Positions 23,485 to 33,087 of a stretch of 64,000 nt of DNA are shown here, piece by piece. The translations under genes and the position numbers were made by a program. The first letter of the stretch is position 1. The number at the start of each line of letters is the position of its first letter. The stretch is from IMG/VR virus record IMGVR_UViG_3300029874_000006, positions 10,779 through 74,778 of that record; one strand, written 5' to 3'. The notes below the pieces were generated by a model. It ran no database searches. It saw nothing but the letters and a program-made list of their open reading frames with translations, and was not told the DNA's origin. Source of the stretch: a virus (Duplodnaviria > Heunggongvirae > Uroviricota > Caudoviricetes).

Positions 23485-23791
23485 TTCCTATAATTTCATA
23501 ATTCATAAAATTTTGATCTTTATATTTAATTAAATTATCTAATTGCCAACAAGTACAAGGTTCTATTTCAGGATACATATAGCTAGGAATTATTGCTAAT
23601 TCTCTAGCATTTACCCAACAATATCTTCTAGAACATCCCCAATACTTTGTTGGATTATCTTCTTTAAGCTCTAATTCTGGTGTATCATAAAATATGTGTA
23701 ATTTACCTTTATGCTTTTGACCATAGTCATCATTGGGGTAATCATACGTTATATAATCAGAATCTCGAGCTATCCATAATTTTTTACTCAT
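23477..23791 (-). CDS. Hypothetical protein (104 aa)
   Basis: ORF. Confidence 0.4.
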   Translation of the reverse strand: MSKKLWIARDSDYITYDYPNDDYGQKHKGKLHIFYDTPELELKEDNPTKYWGCSRRYCWVNARELAIIPSYMYPEIEPCTCWQLDNLIKYKDQNFMNYEIIGNA

Positions 23792-24392
23792 TTGAATAAT
23801 ATAGAATTGTTGGATTGTCCTTATGTATATCTATATTATCTAATTTAGCTATAGCTAATTCTTGTTTAAATTGCTCTAAATCAAATCCTAGAGTAATTAC
23901 ATGAATACCATTTACTGTAGGAACATAATATAATATTTTATTTACATTAGGTCTACATTTTCTAACTAAATCTAAATACTTATTTATAAAACTCCAATCC
24001 TTAGTATCAAAATCTAATATCCATTTAGATTTATACTTATTACACCGTTTTCTGCCAAGAGCCCTAGATACACATTTAAATAATTTATGAGTTCCCAGTT
24101 CTATAGCCTCTAGAGCTTCCCTGATTATTTCATATTGTACTTCTTTACAATTTCTAGGGTTTATCCAAAAATAAGCTCTAGCATTAAAGGCTTTGCACAA
24201 AGTAGTAATTTCTTCTTTCTTAGATAAGAATGTTTCTTTATCAAAGAAATGATAGTCTTTAATTACGTAACCACTACTACCTACATTATTTTTTTCTTTA
24301 TTTCTTTGCATTACTTGTACAAAGAAGAAATCTCCCTGGTCTGAGAGATTGTCAAACCAGGGAGCCACTGCATTAAAATTATCTATTGTCAT
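23784..24392 (-). CDS. Hypothetical protein adjacent to PNK kinase (202 aa)
   Basis: ORF abutting the kinase gene by 1 nt; possible HxT-type motif (NGIHVITLG); function unknown. Confidence 0.45.
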   Translation of the reverse strand: MTIDNFNAVAPWFDNLSDQGDFFFVQVMQRNKEKNNVGSSGYVIKDYHFFDKETFLSKKEEITTLCKAFNARAYFWINPRNCKEVQYEIIREALEAIELGTHKLFKCVSRALGRKRCNKYKSKWILDFDTKDWSFINKYLDLVRKCRPNVNKILYYVPTVNGIHVITLGFDLEQFKQELAIAKLDNIDIHKDNPTILYYSNE

Positions 24393-24827
24393 TTAATTAC
24401 CATTCAAAGGATATTTATCCTTATAATTATTATAAAAACTTCTAATAACTCTTTCTGTAACTTGTAAATCTCTGTTTTTATCACGCTCAATACATACAGA
24501 TAAAGGAGTATCAAAGAAATCCTTAAATTCTATAGCATGATTTCCATGAGCTATAACTAGAGCACGATAGTTATCTAACACTTTTTTATTTAAATTAGTG
24601 TTATCAATAACTATGTCATAACCTTTAAGTAAGGCTTCAATTAGAGCTTCTTCTTGTATGTGTTGTACAAGAGGTTCTCTCTTAGGAACCCAATACTTAC
24701 CTAACATAAGACGAATATCATCTTGATTAATTCTAACTCTATGTTCAGGGTCTTCAAGAACCCATTGCTTAGCCCATGTAGACTTCCCACTTGCTGGAAG
24801 ACCTCTTGTTATAATTAATTTACTCAT
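24393..24827 (-). CDS. Polynucleotide 5'-kinase (T4 Pnk kinase-domain-like P-loop kinase)
   Basis: Walker A ITRGLPASGKSTWA, close to T4 Pnk GCPGSGKSTWA; size of a standalone kinase domain. Confidence 0.6.
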   Translation of the reverse strand: MSKLIITRGLPASGKSTWAKQWVLEDPEHRVRINQDDIRLMLGKYWVPKREPLVQHIQEEALIEALLKGYDIVIDNTNLNKKVLDNYRALVIAHGNHAIEFKDFFDTPLSVCIERDKNRDLQVTERVIRSFYNNYKDKYPLNGN

Positions 24828-25011
24828 CTTCTTCTACACTAATGCTTTCTGGTTCACCTTCTAATTGTACATCATCAAAGAATTCATCTGTACTAATTAC
24901 TTCTCCAACTTTAGCCAATTCAATAGCCTCATCTTCTGACTCGGCTTCTACTTCATATGTAAGGTAGCTTTTACCTTTACACTTATATACCATATTTACT
25001 AAATACCTCAT
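24820..25011 (-). CDS. Small acidic protein (63 aa)
   Basis: ORF; D/E-rich. Confidence 0.3.
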   Translation of the reverse strand: MRYLVNMVYKCKGKSYLTYEVEAESEDEAIELAKVGEVISTDEFFDDVQLEGEPESISVEEDE

Positions 25012-25141
25012 ATTATACTGGCAAAGATTAAAAATAATATCATTAATACAACTATAAACATACTTACAATTATACCTTTCTCATAAAAATACGCATCTTT
25101 CCAATTTTTATTCCATCCAATATTATTAGCTAATTTAATCA

Positions 25142-25375
25142 TTAAACATTCTTTAGAATTTCAGTTATAAGTTTCTTTGTATCTTCTACTGCTTGTGCAA
25201 TAGTTTCTTCATCTAAAGTAATGTCTAATCCAAAATCTTCAATTAGTCTATCTATTATACAGTCCCTAAATAATTTAGGGGTTCGTGTATCTTCTTCTAG
25301 ATAATCTGTAAATGCTAATTCTAAACTTCTTTTATAATAAGTTTCTTCAATTTCAACCGTTCCTTTTAATTCCAT
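25142..25375 (-). CDS. Hypothetical protein (77 aa)
   Basis: ORF. Confidence 0.35.
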   Translation of the reverse strand: MELKGTVEIEETYYKRSLELAFTDYLEEDTRTPKLFRDCIIDRLIEDFGLDITLDEETIAQAVEDTKKLITEILKNV

Positions 25376-25388
25376 AATTATTTATTTA

Positions 25389-25715
25389 TTAGTGAACCCA
25401 ATGGTCATTTATATCTATATCTGCTCCTAAAAATACATTAGGACAGAATGGTTTACCTCCGGCTATCATACAATCAATCAACACTTTACCCACTTGTTCT
25501 TTAATTGCTGCTGGACACTCCAAGTTGAATTCATCATGAGCTGGTACACACATCTTTACCTTATCTATTAGCTTATGATCCACAATCCAATTAAATAGTT
25601 TAATAGAAGATAGTTTAAAGCACATTGCTCCTCTATTTTGTATCAATGTTTGGACTATTTCATTATCCCATAGGGATATTGGGCGCTTATAGGATATTAT
25701 TGCTTCAATACTCAA
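25389..25715 (-). CDS. DNA polymerase I (family A) C-terminal fragment, palm motif C to C-terminus
   Basis: NRGAMCFKLSS (QGSAAD-like), CVPAHDEFNLE (motif C, VHDE), C-terminal ...INDHWVH (Pol I-type end). No ATG: the ORF opens after TAA and the earliest start-like codon is TTG. Confidence 0.65.
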   Translation of the reverse strand: MSIEAIISYKRPISLWDNEIVQTLIQNRGAMCFKLSSIKLFNWIVDHKLIDKVKMCVPAHDEFNLECPAAIKEQVGKVLIDCMIAGGKPFCPNVFLGADIDINDHWVH

Positions 25716-25830
25716 TCCTTAGTCTCTGAACCTTCTTACTACTTTTACTTGATTCATAAGCTTGGCTGCAGATTATTCTAATATTAGACCTTCCTGCAAT
25801 TCACCCAATTTACAGTAGATAATTACTTAT

Positions 25831-27780
25831 CTACGCCGCATACATTTTACGGTAATTAATAGATTGTTTCTCAGAAGCTGCTTTACGCTGCATATAGTGT
25901 CTTACTTCTTGTACAATCTCATCCTGTGGATTGCGTTTTCTTGCATTCTGATAATATTCCCAAAATCCGGGTTCCTGCATCTTGTTATGAGTCTCTTTTA
26001 ACTCCTCGGCATCATAAATATGTGCTCTATGTCCAGTAAGGGGATTAAGTAATATATAACCATCTCTCATAACAGCTGCTCTGCAATAATCTTGATATCT
26101 TTTTATTCCTGGAAAACCTTCCATAAAATTATCATAAATTTCTTTTGCTTCTTCTACAGGAATACCATCATTTTTGGAGATAGTATTATAATCTCCTCCG
26201 TAGTTTATCGCGAATTCAATAGATTTAGCTTTTTGTCTCCAATTATGATAGAGCTTCTTTATATCCTCAATCTTAGTGTCTCTTGGAATTATATTAGGAT
26301 AACTCATATAGGCTACCAAAGAATGGACATCACCACAACCATGTTCAAATAGGTCTATCATCTTCTCATCTTTAGAAACAGATGCAATAATACGAGATTC
26401 CTGACTTTGATAATCAGCAGATAACCAAGCATTACCTTCTTCAGATGTAAAACATGCTCTAGTTTCTGGATCATTCGGTAAGTTTTGAATGTTCAGTTTC
26501 CAAATACCGCCACCAGAGCTAACTCTTGCAGTATCTGTACCTATAGAATGAAAATCTGCATGTATTCTACCTGTTTTAGGATTAATTGCATTTAGCCAGT
26601 TTTGTCCATAGGTAGATACGACTTTGGCAGCTTCTTGATATTCCAAAAATATAGGAATAATTGGAAAGTCATTCTTTTGAGGTTTTAAAACATTTGCTTC
26701 AATAGACTTCTTTTTCTGTTTAGTCTTTTTGTCAAATGTCTCCACATTAATTCCAAGTAACTCAAATAGAGGTATTACTTGTTTTTGACTACTCCAATTT
26801 ATCACACATTTAGGTTCAGTATCAAATCCTGTAAATAAGTCACCTTGAGTATCAATTCGTGTAAACTGATTCTTAATTACTTTCTTATAAGCATCAACCT
26901 TACCATCAGGGGTTTGTAAGTCTTCCTGAGGGAACCTTTTATATCCATCTTTAATTAGTCTCTTTACCTCAGCAGGATAATCTGCAGAATACTTTGGATA
27001 TTTAAGTTCAGGATATTGAATATCATAGCCATTATGAGGATTTTCTTTATCCCAAGCTACTACCCAAGCATTTAATTCTGAAATAGCCTTATCAAGTTTA
27101 GCTTGATCTTTAGTCATTTTAGCTTTCCACTTCGTAATATCAAGATGAACTCCACAATATTTAAAGTAAGCAAGGGATTTAACAAATTCACATTCCAGCT
27201 CTACTGCGAGTTTCATGCCTTGTTTTTCTATTTCAATATCTTGTTTTTCTTTTATATCCTCTATATACGTAACATCTCCTGCAGCATAAATAACGACCTC
27301 AGTAGTTAAACCATCATTAACAATTTTACCTCGAACAGTTTTATCAATGTTAATATTTAAGTAATTCCATGCAGCTGCTTTCAAGCTCTTTTCACGCATT
27401 TGAGCTGGATACCCTAGATATAAGAGCTGTTCTACTATCATACCATCCCAAATATGCTTAGGATAGATACCCTGAACATATAAAAAGGTTAAATCAAACA
27501 TTAAATTCCATCCCAGAAACAATCTGTCTGATTCTAGGTAGTTTTTAACTATTTGCTTTTCTCTTAGAGTTAGAGTAGTCCAATCAATAACTACTTGATT
27601 ATCTTTATTACCTAACTGTATAGTCAATAAAGCTTTGGTATGACAGTCGAGACCCTTAGTTTCTGAATCTAACTGACATAGTTTGAGCGGCAACAGAACA
27701 GACATTGCCTGCTCCATTGTCGCTTCTATATATATATCCGTTTGAAATAAACTTTTATTATGACTAACTAAATAAATCAT
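25831..27780 (-). CDS. DNA polymerase I (family A) N-terminal part: 3'-5' exonuclease plus palm motifs A and B
   Basis: Exo I CQLDSETKGLD; Exo II YAAGDVTY; motif A LSADYQSQESRIIA; motif B RQKAKSIEFAINYGG. Lacks motif C. Terminates at TAG 25831-25833. Confidence 0.85.
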   Translation of the reverse strand: MIYLVSHNKSLFQTDIYIEATMEQAMSVLLPLKLCQLDSETKGLDCHTKALLTIQLGNKDNQVVIDWTTLTLREKQIVKNYLESDRLFLGWNLMFDLTFLYVQGIYPKHIWDGMIVEQLLYLGYPAQMREKSLKAAAWNYLNINIDKTVRGKIVNDGLTTEVVIYAAGDVTYIEDIKEKQDIEIEKQGMKLAVELECEFVKSLAYFKYCGVHLDITKWKAKMTKDQAKLDKAISELNAWVVAWDKENPHNGYDIQYPELKYPKYSADYPAEVKRLIKDGYKRFPQEDLQTPDGKVDAYKKVIKNQFTRIDTQGDLFTGFDTEPKCVINWSSQKQVIPLFELLGINVETFDKKTKQKKKSIEANVLKPQKNDFPIIPIFLEYQEAAKVVSTYGQNWLNAINPKTGRIHADFHSIGTDTARVSSGGGIWKLNIQNLPNDPETRACFTSEEGNAWLSADYQSQESRIIASVSKDEKMIDLFEHGCGDVHSLVAYMSYPNIIPRDTKIEDIKKLYHNWRQKAKSIEFAINYGGDYNTISKNDGIPVEEAKEIYDNFMEGFPGIKRYQDYCRAAVMRDGYILLNPLTGHRAHIYDAEELKETHNKMQEPGFWEYYQNARKRNPQDEIVQEVRHYMQRKAASEKQSINYRKMYAA

Positions 27781-28040
27781 TGATAATTACAAATAGTTAA
27801 ATTATTTAGAACTATATCTTCATTATCAATATTTAATTTGTCTTTTATAGCTTCTTCTACAGCTTCTTTTAATTCTTCTTCATTAATAACTAAATGCCTA
27901 CCTTCTTTATACTGAGGAATGGTAATATCTACAAAAGTACCTAATTCAACATTTACTTCTACAGTAATATTTCTATTATTAGGTTCATTCCAAGGTGCAC
28001 TTGGGTCATTATAAGCTCCTGCTGGATAATTTTCTGTCAT
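27777..28040 (-). CDS. Hypothetical protein (87 aa)
   Basis: ORF, 4-nt overlap. Confidence 0.35.
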   Translation of the reverse strand: MTENYPAGAYNDPSAPWNEPNNRNITVEVNVELGTFVDITIPQYKEGRHLVINEEELKEAVEEAIKDKLNIDNEDIVLNNLTICNYQ

Positions 28041-28360
28041 GCTAAATAGTCATTTAACCACTCTATTCCATATTCATCTATTACCTTTTCATCTATCTTT
28101 ATAGCTTCAAGTTCTATATCCTCAAGCTGCTGTTCATACCAATCTTCAAATTGATCCTCATCATCCTCGTCTATATCTGGACTATCTAAATAGCTAAATG
28201 AGTTAACACACTCGTCTCTTAATTCATTTGCATAACTCAGTTCTAATGTAGGATCTTCTTCACTTTCAATTACTTCATTTATTGAAGCATCACAAGCAAC
28301 TGGATACTTAGCAATAACTAGCCACCAATTCCCATTAAGAAATTCTTCCTTAGATATCAT
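28037..28360 (-). CDS. Hypothetical acidic protein (107 aa)
   Basis: ORF. Confidence 0.35.
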   Translation of the reverse strand: MISKEEFLNGNWWLVIAKYPVACDASINEVIESEEDPTLELSYANELRDECVNSFSYLDSPDIDEDDEDQFEDWYEQQLEDIELEAIKIDEKVIDEYGIEWLNDYLA

Positions 28361-29205
28361 TATATTAATTTAGATAACTGTAAATTGCATCTTTTTCTTA
28401 TTTTATCTAAAGCTTTTTCTTTTATTTGTCTAACTCTTTCAACACCAATGCCAAACATATCTCCTACTTCTTGCTTGGACATAGGATTCATTCCTATGCC
28501 AAATAACATAATAATAATATCATGTTCTCTGACAGGAAGTATATCTAGACATTTGCATAGTTCCTTATTAATAAAGCTTTTATTAACTTGTTCGTCAAGA
28601 GAAGGCTCTCCGTCCGGTATCACATCACATACTTGACTATTTTCCTCATCCCCACCAATAAAGTCATCGACACTAACTAATCTGTTAGAAAATTGTGCCA
28701 AATAGTCTATTTGCTTTTCAGGGATATTAGTTAAAGTATGTAATTCATTTGTAGTTGGATTTCTACCATTCTTTTTAATAAACTCATTAGTAGCTCTTAA
28801 TATTTGAATTACTTTTAAGTGTTGAGTTACTGGCAATCTAATCTCACGACCATACCAATATATAGTAGTATAAATACATTGTTTTATCCACCAAGCAGAA
28901 TAATTAAGAAATTTAACACCCCTAGTTGGGTCAAATTTATTTACAGATTTACATAAACCTTCCAATCCTGAGGATATTAAATCCATAAGGGGAATACCTC
29001 TATTTTGAAACTGCTTAGCTATAGTTACTACAAATCTTAAATTAGAAGTAATTACTTTTTCTCTAGCCTTTTCATCCCCATTTTGAGCTTCAACAATTAG
29101 CTTGTTTATTTCTTCATTATCTAATATTTTATATTTAGATATATCTCGAAAATAACTCTGAAGTAGAGAGTCAGACTTGTCAGAAAAAATAATTCTTTTA
29201 TTCAT
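28360..29205 (-). CDS. Sigma-70 family RNA polymerase sigma factor
   Basis: Region 2: NLRFVVTIAKQFQNRGIPLMDLISSGLEGLCKSVNKFDPTRGVKFLNYSAWWIKQCI. Region 4 HTH: SKQEVGDMFGIGVERVRQIKEKALDKIRKR. Confidence 0.8.
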   Translation of the reverse strand: MNKRIIFSDKSDSLLQSYFRDISKYKILDNEEINKLIVEAQNGDEKAREKVITSNLRFVVTIAKQFQNRGIPLMDLISSGLEGLCKSVNKFDPTRGVKFLNYSAWWIKQCIYTTIYWYGREIRLPVTQHLKVIQILRATNEFIKKNGRNPTTNELHTLTNIPEKQIDYLAQFSNRLVSVDDFIGGDEENSQVCDVIPDGEPSLDEQVNKSFINKELCKCLDILPVREHDIIIMLFGIGMNPMSKQEVGDMFGIGVERVRQIKEKALDKIRKRCNLQLSKLI

Positions 29206-29461
29206 TAATTGTGGACTTAGCTAGTGCTTTAGCTTCATCTAATTGTTTTTCTTCTTGGGTTGGTTGATTAAGACCTATACGTATACTAAGAATAGTGAGA
29301 TAAGCTTCCATTGCCTTGAGTTGAGCTATCAATAAATCTTTATTAAGATTATCTATAGAAGTCTTATCTATTTTATTAATTAAGAAATCTCTAAGCTTTG
29401 TAGTTTTAGTTTCCAATTCTTTGTACTCTGTAAGTAGTCTGTCAAACACGCTCTTTTCCAT
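29198..29461 (-). CDS. Hypothetical coiled-coil protein (87 aa)
   Basis: ORF. Confidence 0.35.
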   Translation of the reverse strand: MEKSVFDRLLTEYKELETKTTKLRDFLINKIDKTSIDNLNKDLLIAQLKAMEAYLTILSIRIGLNQPTQEEKQLDEAKALAKSTINE

Positions 29462-29529
29462 GTTAATTTTTATTTTAGTTAAAGTAGAATCTAGAACAGT
29501 AAATATCTAATATATTATCTTCTTCTTTA

Positions 29530-30219
29530 TTAATCGATTTCCAAATACTTAGGTTCATAACTAATATGATAATCATTATCAAGAATAGAAACATTATATA
29601 TTTCTGTATTATCCAGTTTCAAATATTTATCTTTACAAGTATGTAGGTGCCCACAAAATACATATCTAGGTTTAATTCTCTGAATAGCTTCAGCTAAACT
29701 TTGACCTCCAGCATGGATAGATTCTTGACTCCATCGACTCGGAGGTAATAAATCTAAATCTTCCAAAGCGGGAGTATCGTGGGTTAACCATATATCTATA
29801 TCATTTGGAACTTGATTATATAGACCTTCTAAAAATTCCTCACTGTGCATAAATGCCCAATTCCCAAACATGTGACATTGTGGAGACCCATATACCTTAT
29901 AATTTTTACCATCAGGAGCTCTATAATTAGTATAATCATTAAGTAAATAAGTAAACTTAAAATCAGAAAGATACTCTAAGGCTTTCATTACTGGATATTC
30001 TGAAGCACATATAAAATCATGATTACCTGCTACCATATATACTTCTTCACAAGGCAATTCCTTAATCCAAGGTAAAAAATCTTGAAAGAACCATACAATA
30101 GATTCTACTCTATTTTTCTGTATATTCAAGGGTACAACATCTCCTGCAATTAAACATAAATCACACTTCTGTATATGGATAAGATTACCATGTAAATCAG
30201 ACATTGCGCATATTTTCAT
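29530..30219 (-). CDS. Calcineurin-like metallophosphoesterase
   Basis: SDLHGN, GDVV, GNHD, GHLH. Confidence 0.7.
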   Translation of the reverse strand: MKICAMSDLHGNLIHIQKCDLCLIAGDVVPLNIQKNRVESIVWFFQDFLPWIKELPCEEVYMVAGNHDFICASEYPVMKALEYLSDFKFTYLLNDYTNYRAPDGKNYKVYGSPQCHMFGNWAFMHSEEFLEGLYNQVPNDIDIWLTHDTPALEDLDLLPPSRWSQESIHAGGQSLAEAIQRIKPRYVFCGHLHTCKDKYLKLDNTEIYNVSILDNDYHISYEPKYLEID

Positions 30220-30724
30220 ATTCTATTAAATATTCAAAGAATCCATCATAAGATAAGTTATCTTTTATTGTAATAACTTCCTTTCTATTATCTACAGATT
30301 TACACCATTGGTGCCTATTAACTACCTGATAAAGAGTTTTATTATTGTATACCATATCTAACATAGCTTCCCAAGTAGCTATATTTCTAGTACTAGAATC
30401 TTCATCGTCTTTAGTTATATAGTTAAAAATAAATATCAATTGCCACTTTTTAAACAAAGTAATAGAAATATAAGGGTCCCATTCATGTTCGATTCTCTCA
30501 TATTTCCATTTCCAACCAACGGCGCTAAATCTAATATCTAATATTCTATTATAATATCTATCTGTTATAGGTAATCCAAAGAACCATATTTTCTTGCCAC
30601 AATAAATATGACAGTTAGGTCTATGGAACCAGTCTTGGCACTTCCACCAAACATAGAATGGATTATTATATTCATTCCAATGCTTGGTAAAAGTGCATAT
30701 TTTATTAATTAAATTAACCTTCAT
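30197..30724 (-). CDS. Hypothetical protein (175 aa)
   Basis: ORF. Confidence 0.4.
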   Translation of the reverse strand: MKVNLINKICTFTKHWNEYNNPFYVWWKCQDWFHRPNCHIYCGKKIWFFGLPITDRYYNRILDIRFSAVGWKWKYERIEHEWDPYISITLFKKWQLIFIFNYITKDDEDSSTRNIATWEAMLDMVYNNKTLYQVVNRHQWCKSVDNRKEVITIKDNLSYDGFFEYLIEYENMRNV

Positions 30725-32084
30725 CCTCTAGATCCATTTCTGGATGTGTCTGAGACATATCTAAGAATTTGAAACATTTTAATTTCCAAGCGTGACCAAT
30801 CATATCCTCCTTTTTAATAACTATACCTTCATGAGGTACCTTATTAGCACAAGAAGGTGATTTACATTCCATATAGAAACGCTTATCATTAGATAGTTTA
30901 TCCAAAAACTTTTTTGTCCAGTCTTCATCCCTACTATCTAATTCAGGATATAAATCCTTAGCATATCCATAATAATATTCAGTTACAGGAGTTAGTCCTA
31001 CTGATTTACAATATTGCTGTACTTCTCTTGCACTAAACTCGTGCACCTCACCATCTACATTAGTTAGTGTGATTCTATAAGGTCTTACCTTAAAATGTTT
31101 TTCTGGCTTATATATCAAATTGTCTATAATAGCGTTAGGCTGTTCACAACCATAATCATATCCCTTTTGAATATATGTGCCAGTTGGATTGTATCCCACA
31201 ATCTCTGCATAAATAGTCATACCCTTTTGAATATATGGACGTAGATAATCATCAGCATACTTCCAAGTATCGCAACCATAAAATCCTGGTGTCACATTAG
31301 GATTATAATACTGGTTCTTAATTACATTCTTTGAAGCATATAGATGGTCATAAATATCGAAGTTATTACCTGTGAGCCATTTAGCTAATTTCTCTTTCCA
31401 AGTAAGTTCTTTATGACACATTACATATGCTGAGATATGAGAAGTACCATGTATTTTCTCAGTAATACTAATTAAATCTTCAGGTTGAATTACATTAGGA
31501 CATTTCTTGATAATAACTGTTTCGTAATGATATCTAAATTGAGAAGGGATGACTTTATCGAGTTCCTTCTTAACTTTACGTGTCTTTTTTGAGCCTCCTC
31601 CAGGAGTTCCCTGTGATCCTTTAACGATGAATTTCTTATTAACCCAAAATGTCTTGCCTTCATGTTCTACTGTATCAAATTCAGTTCCGTCAATTAATTC
31701 AATATCTCTATTAGTTATGGATATAAGCCAGTTAGTAAATTCTACAGCAGGTACAATAAATCCTTCTGATAATTCACCTCTTAATTTAACGGCTTTAACC
31801 TTACCATTATCTTCAAATAGACCAGTTTTATGTGGATCATTGTTTTTCTCTGACTTTCTAAATAAGTTATTATAGGATAAAAAATCAGGATTAATACAAC
31901 AAGCTGTTGGGAAATATATATATAACCCTGGTTCAGCATCTATTGAAGTAATGATATTAAATCCATCAATAGTACAACACTTGAGTTTAGTTACTTCTGG
32001 ATTTGAATGCTTTCTAAAAACTTTAATATTAACTACTTTAGCTAAGTAATTAATGTTACAATTTTTACTCTTGATTAGTTTCAT
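30714..32084 (-). CDS. ATP-dependent RNA ligase (Rnl2-like nucleotidyltransferase) with N-terminal extension
   Basis: Motif I ITEKIHGTS (T4 Rnl2 EKIHGTN); motif III-like IYAEIVGY; motif IV HEGIVIKKED; motif V KLKCFK. Confidence 0.55.
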   Translation of the reverse strand: MKLIKSKNCNINYLAKVVNIKVFRKHSNPEVTKLKCCTIDGFNIITSIDAEPGLYIYFPTACCINPDFLSYNNLFRKSEKNNDPHKTGLFEDNGKVKAVKLRGELSEGFIVPAVEFTNWLISITNRDIELIDGTEFDTVEHEGKTFWVNKKFIVKGSQGTPGGGSKKTRKVKKELDKVIPSQFRYHYETVIIKKCPNVIQPEDLISITEKIHGTSHISAYVMCHKELTWKEKLAKWLTGNNFDIYDHLYASKNVIKNQYYNPNVTPGFYGCDTWKYADDYLRPYIQKGMTIYAEIVGYNPTGTYIQKGYDYGCEQPNAIIDNLIYKPEKHFKVRPYRITLTNVDGEVHEFSAREVQQYCKSVGLTPVTEYYYGYAKDLYPELDSRDEDWTKKFLDKLSNDKRFYMECKSPSCANKVPHEGIVIKKEDMIGHAWKLKCFKFLDMSQTHPEMDLEDEG

Positions 32085-32391
32085 TATTAATTAATTCTTG
32101 AGAGAACTTAATATTATCTAATGAAATAATCTCAGATACCCAAGGACACTTATCTAAGATTGCTAATCTAACCGCTTCTTTAACTTTAGATATTACTTGT
32201 TCTTTAGTTAAATTGGTATATTTACTTTTATCTACTTTGATACACCAAGGTAGGGCTGATTCAAACCCTCCTTGATGTATTTTTATAGTAGCATCGAAAT
32301 TAACAGCATATTCCTTTAACTTAGAAACATACTTAACTTTTGGTTTCTTTTCGATAACTACTGGTGGAACAACTATTTTCTTTTTAGGCAT
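32065..32391 (-). CDS. Hypothetical basic protein (108 aa)
   Basis: ORF. Confidence 0.35.
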   Translation of the reverse strand: MPKKKIVVPPVVIEKKPKVKYVSKLKEYAVNFDATIKIHQGGFESALPWCIKVDKSKYTNLTKEQVISKVKEAVRLAILDKCPWVSEIISLDNIKFSQELINNETNQE

Positions 32392-32708
32392 TATGCAAAT
32401 TCATCATCCGAAGCCACAGATTTGAAATATTCACACAGAAAGTTGGCATATACTTGTGATTGTGCTTCACTATAGCTATTATCGAAATAGAACTGAAAAC
32501 AATGGAGGAGTTCATGCCAAAATGTATTGGTTATTTGATCTTCTGTCAACTTCACCACAGTTTTATCTTCTAGTTCTACGGTCTTAGCTATAGTTATAGT
32601 ATTAGTAGTATCACACCAATTTCCGTAATTATTATTATTTGTTTTTTCTACTAATTCTACTTTAATAGTATTTCCAGCACACTTAAACTCACTTGGCAAT
32701 TGCATCAA
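32391..32708 (-). CDS. Small HExxH-motif protein (105 aa)
   Basis: FWHELLHCF; minimal zincin-like motif, function unknown. Confidence 0.35.
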   Translation of the reverse strand: MMQLPSEFKCAGNTIKVELVEKTNNNNYGNWCDTTNTITIAKTVELEDKTVVKLTEDQITNTFWHELLHCFQFYFDNSYSEAQSQVYANFLCEYFKSVASDDEFA

Positions 32709-33087
32709 TAATTTTCATTACTTGTTCGGGAGTCATCTTACATATGTCTTCAGGATCTTCTAAATTTGCTCTGTTTTCTAGATAGTTAAGTAAATCATCC
32801 ATTACATCTAAGGTGCCTATTGGTAGATGATTTTTAATAACAGAATATTCTATATCAGAGAGTTCTACTGGTTCAAATTGTAATAAATCTAAACCATATT
32901 CTCGACCTTGGTATATCTCATATTCCCAGGCTTCATTACTACCAAATCCTTTTGTAGTAAATGCACTACCTAATTTGAGTTTAGCATACATATAGATGCG
33001 ATACATATTTTCATCTAATAGTTCATAGAAAGGCATATCAAATTCATCACACCAATCTACACTATAATTAATTAAATAATGTTTCAT
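32689..33087 (-). CDS. Hypothetical protein (132 aa)
   Basis: ORF. Confidence 0.4.
   Translation of the reverse strand: MKHYLINYSVDWCDEFDMPFYELLDENMYRIYMYAKLKLGSAFTTKGFGSNEAWEYEIYQGREYGLDLLQFEPVELSDIEYSVIKNHLPIGTLDVMDDLLNYLENRANLEDPEDICKMTPEQVMKIIDAIAK

Noticed and set aside
25704-25833. Intron (group I or II) as the explanation for the PolA split
   Set aside because: The spacer is only ~130 nt, too short for a self-splicing intron core, and I saw no P7-like elements. Bypass or a two-subunit polymerase remain the working hypotheses.
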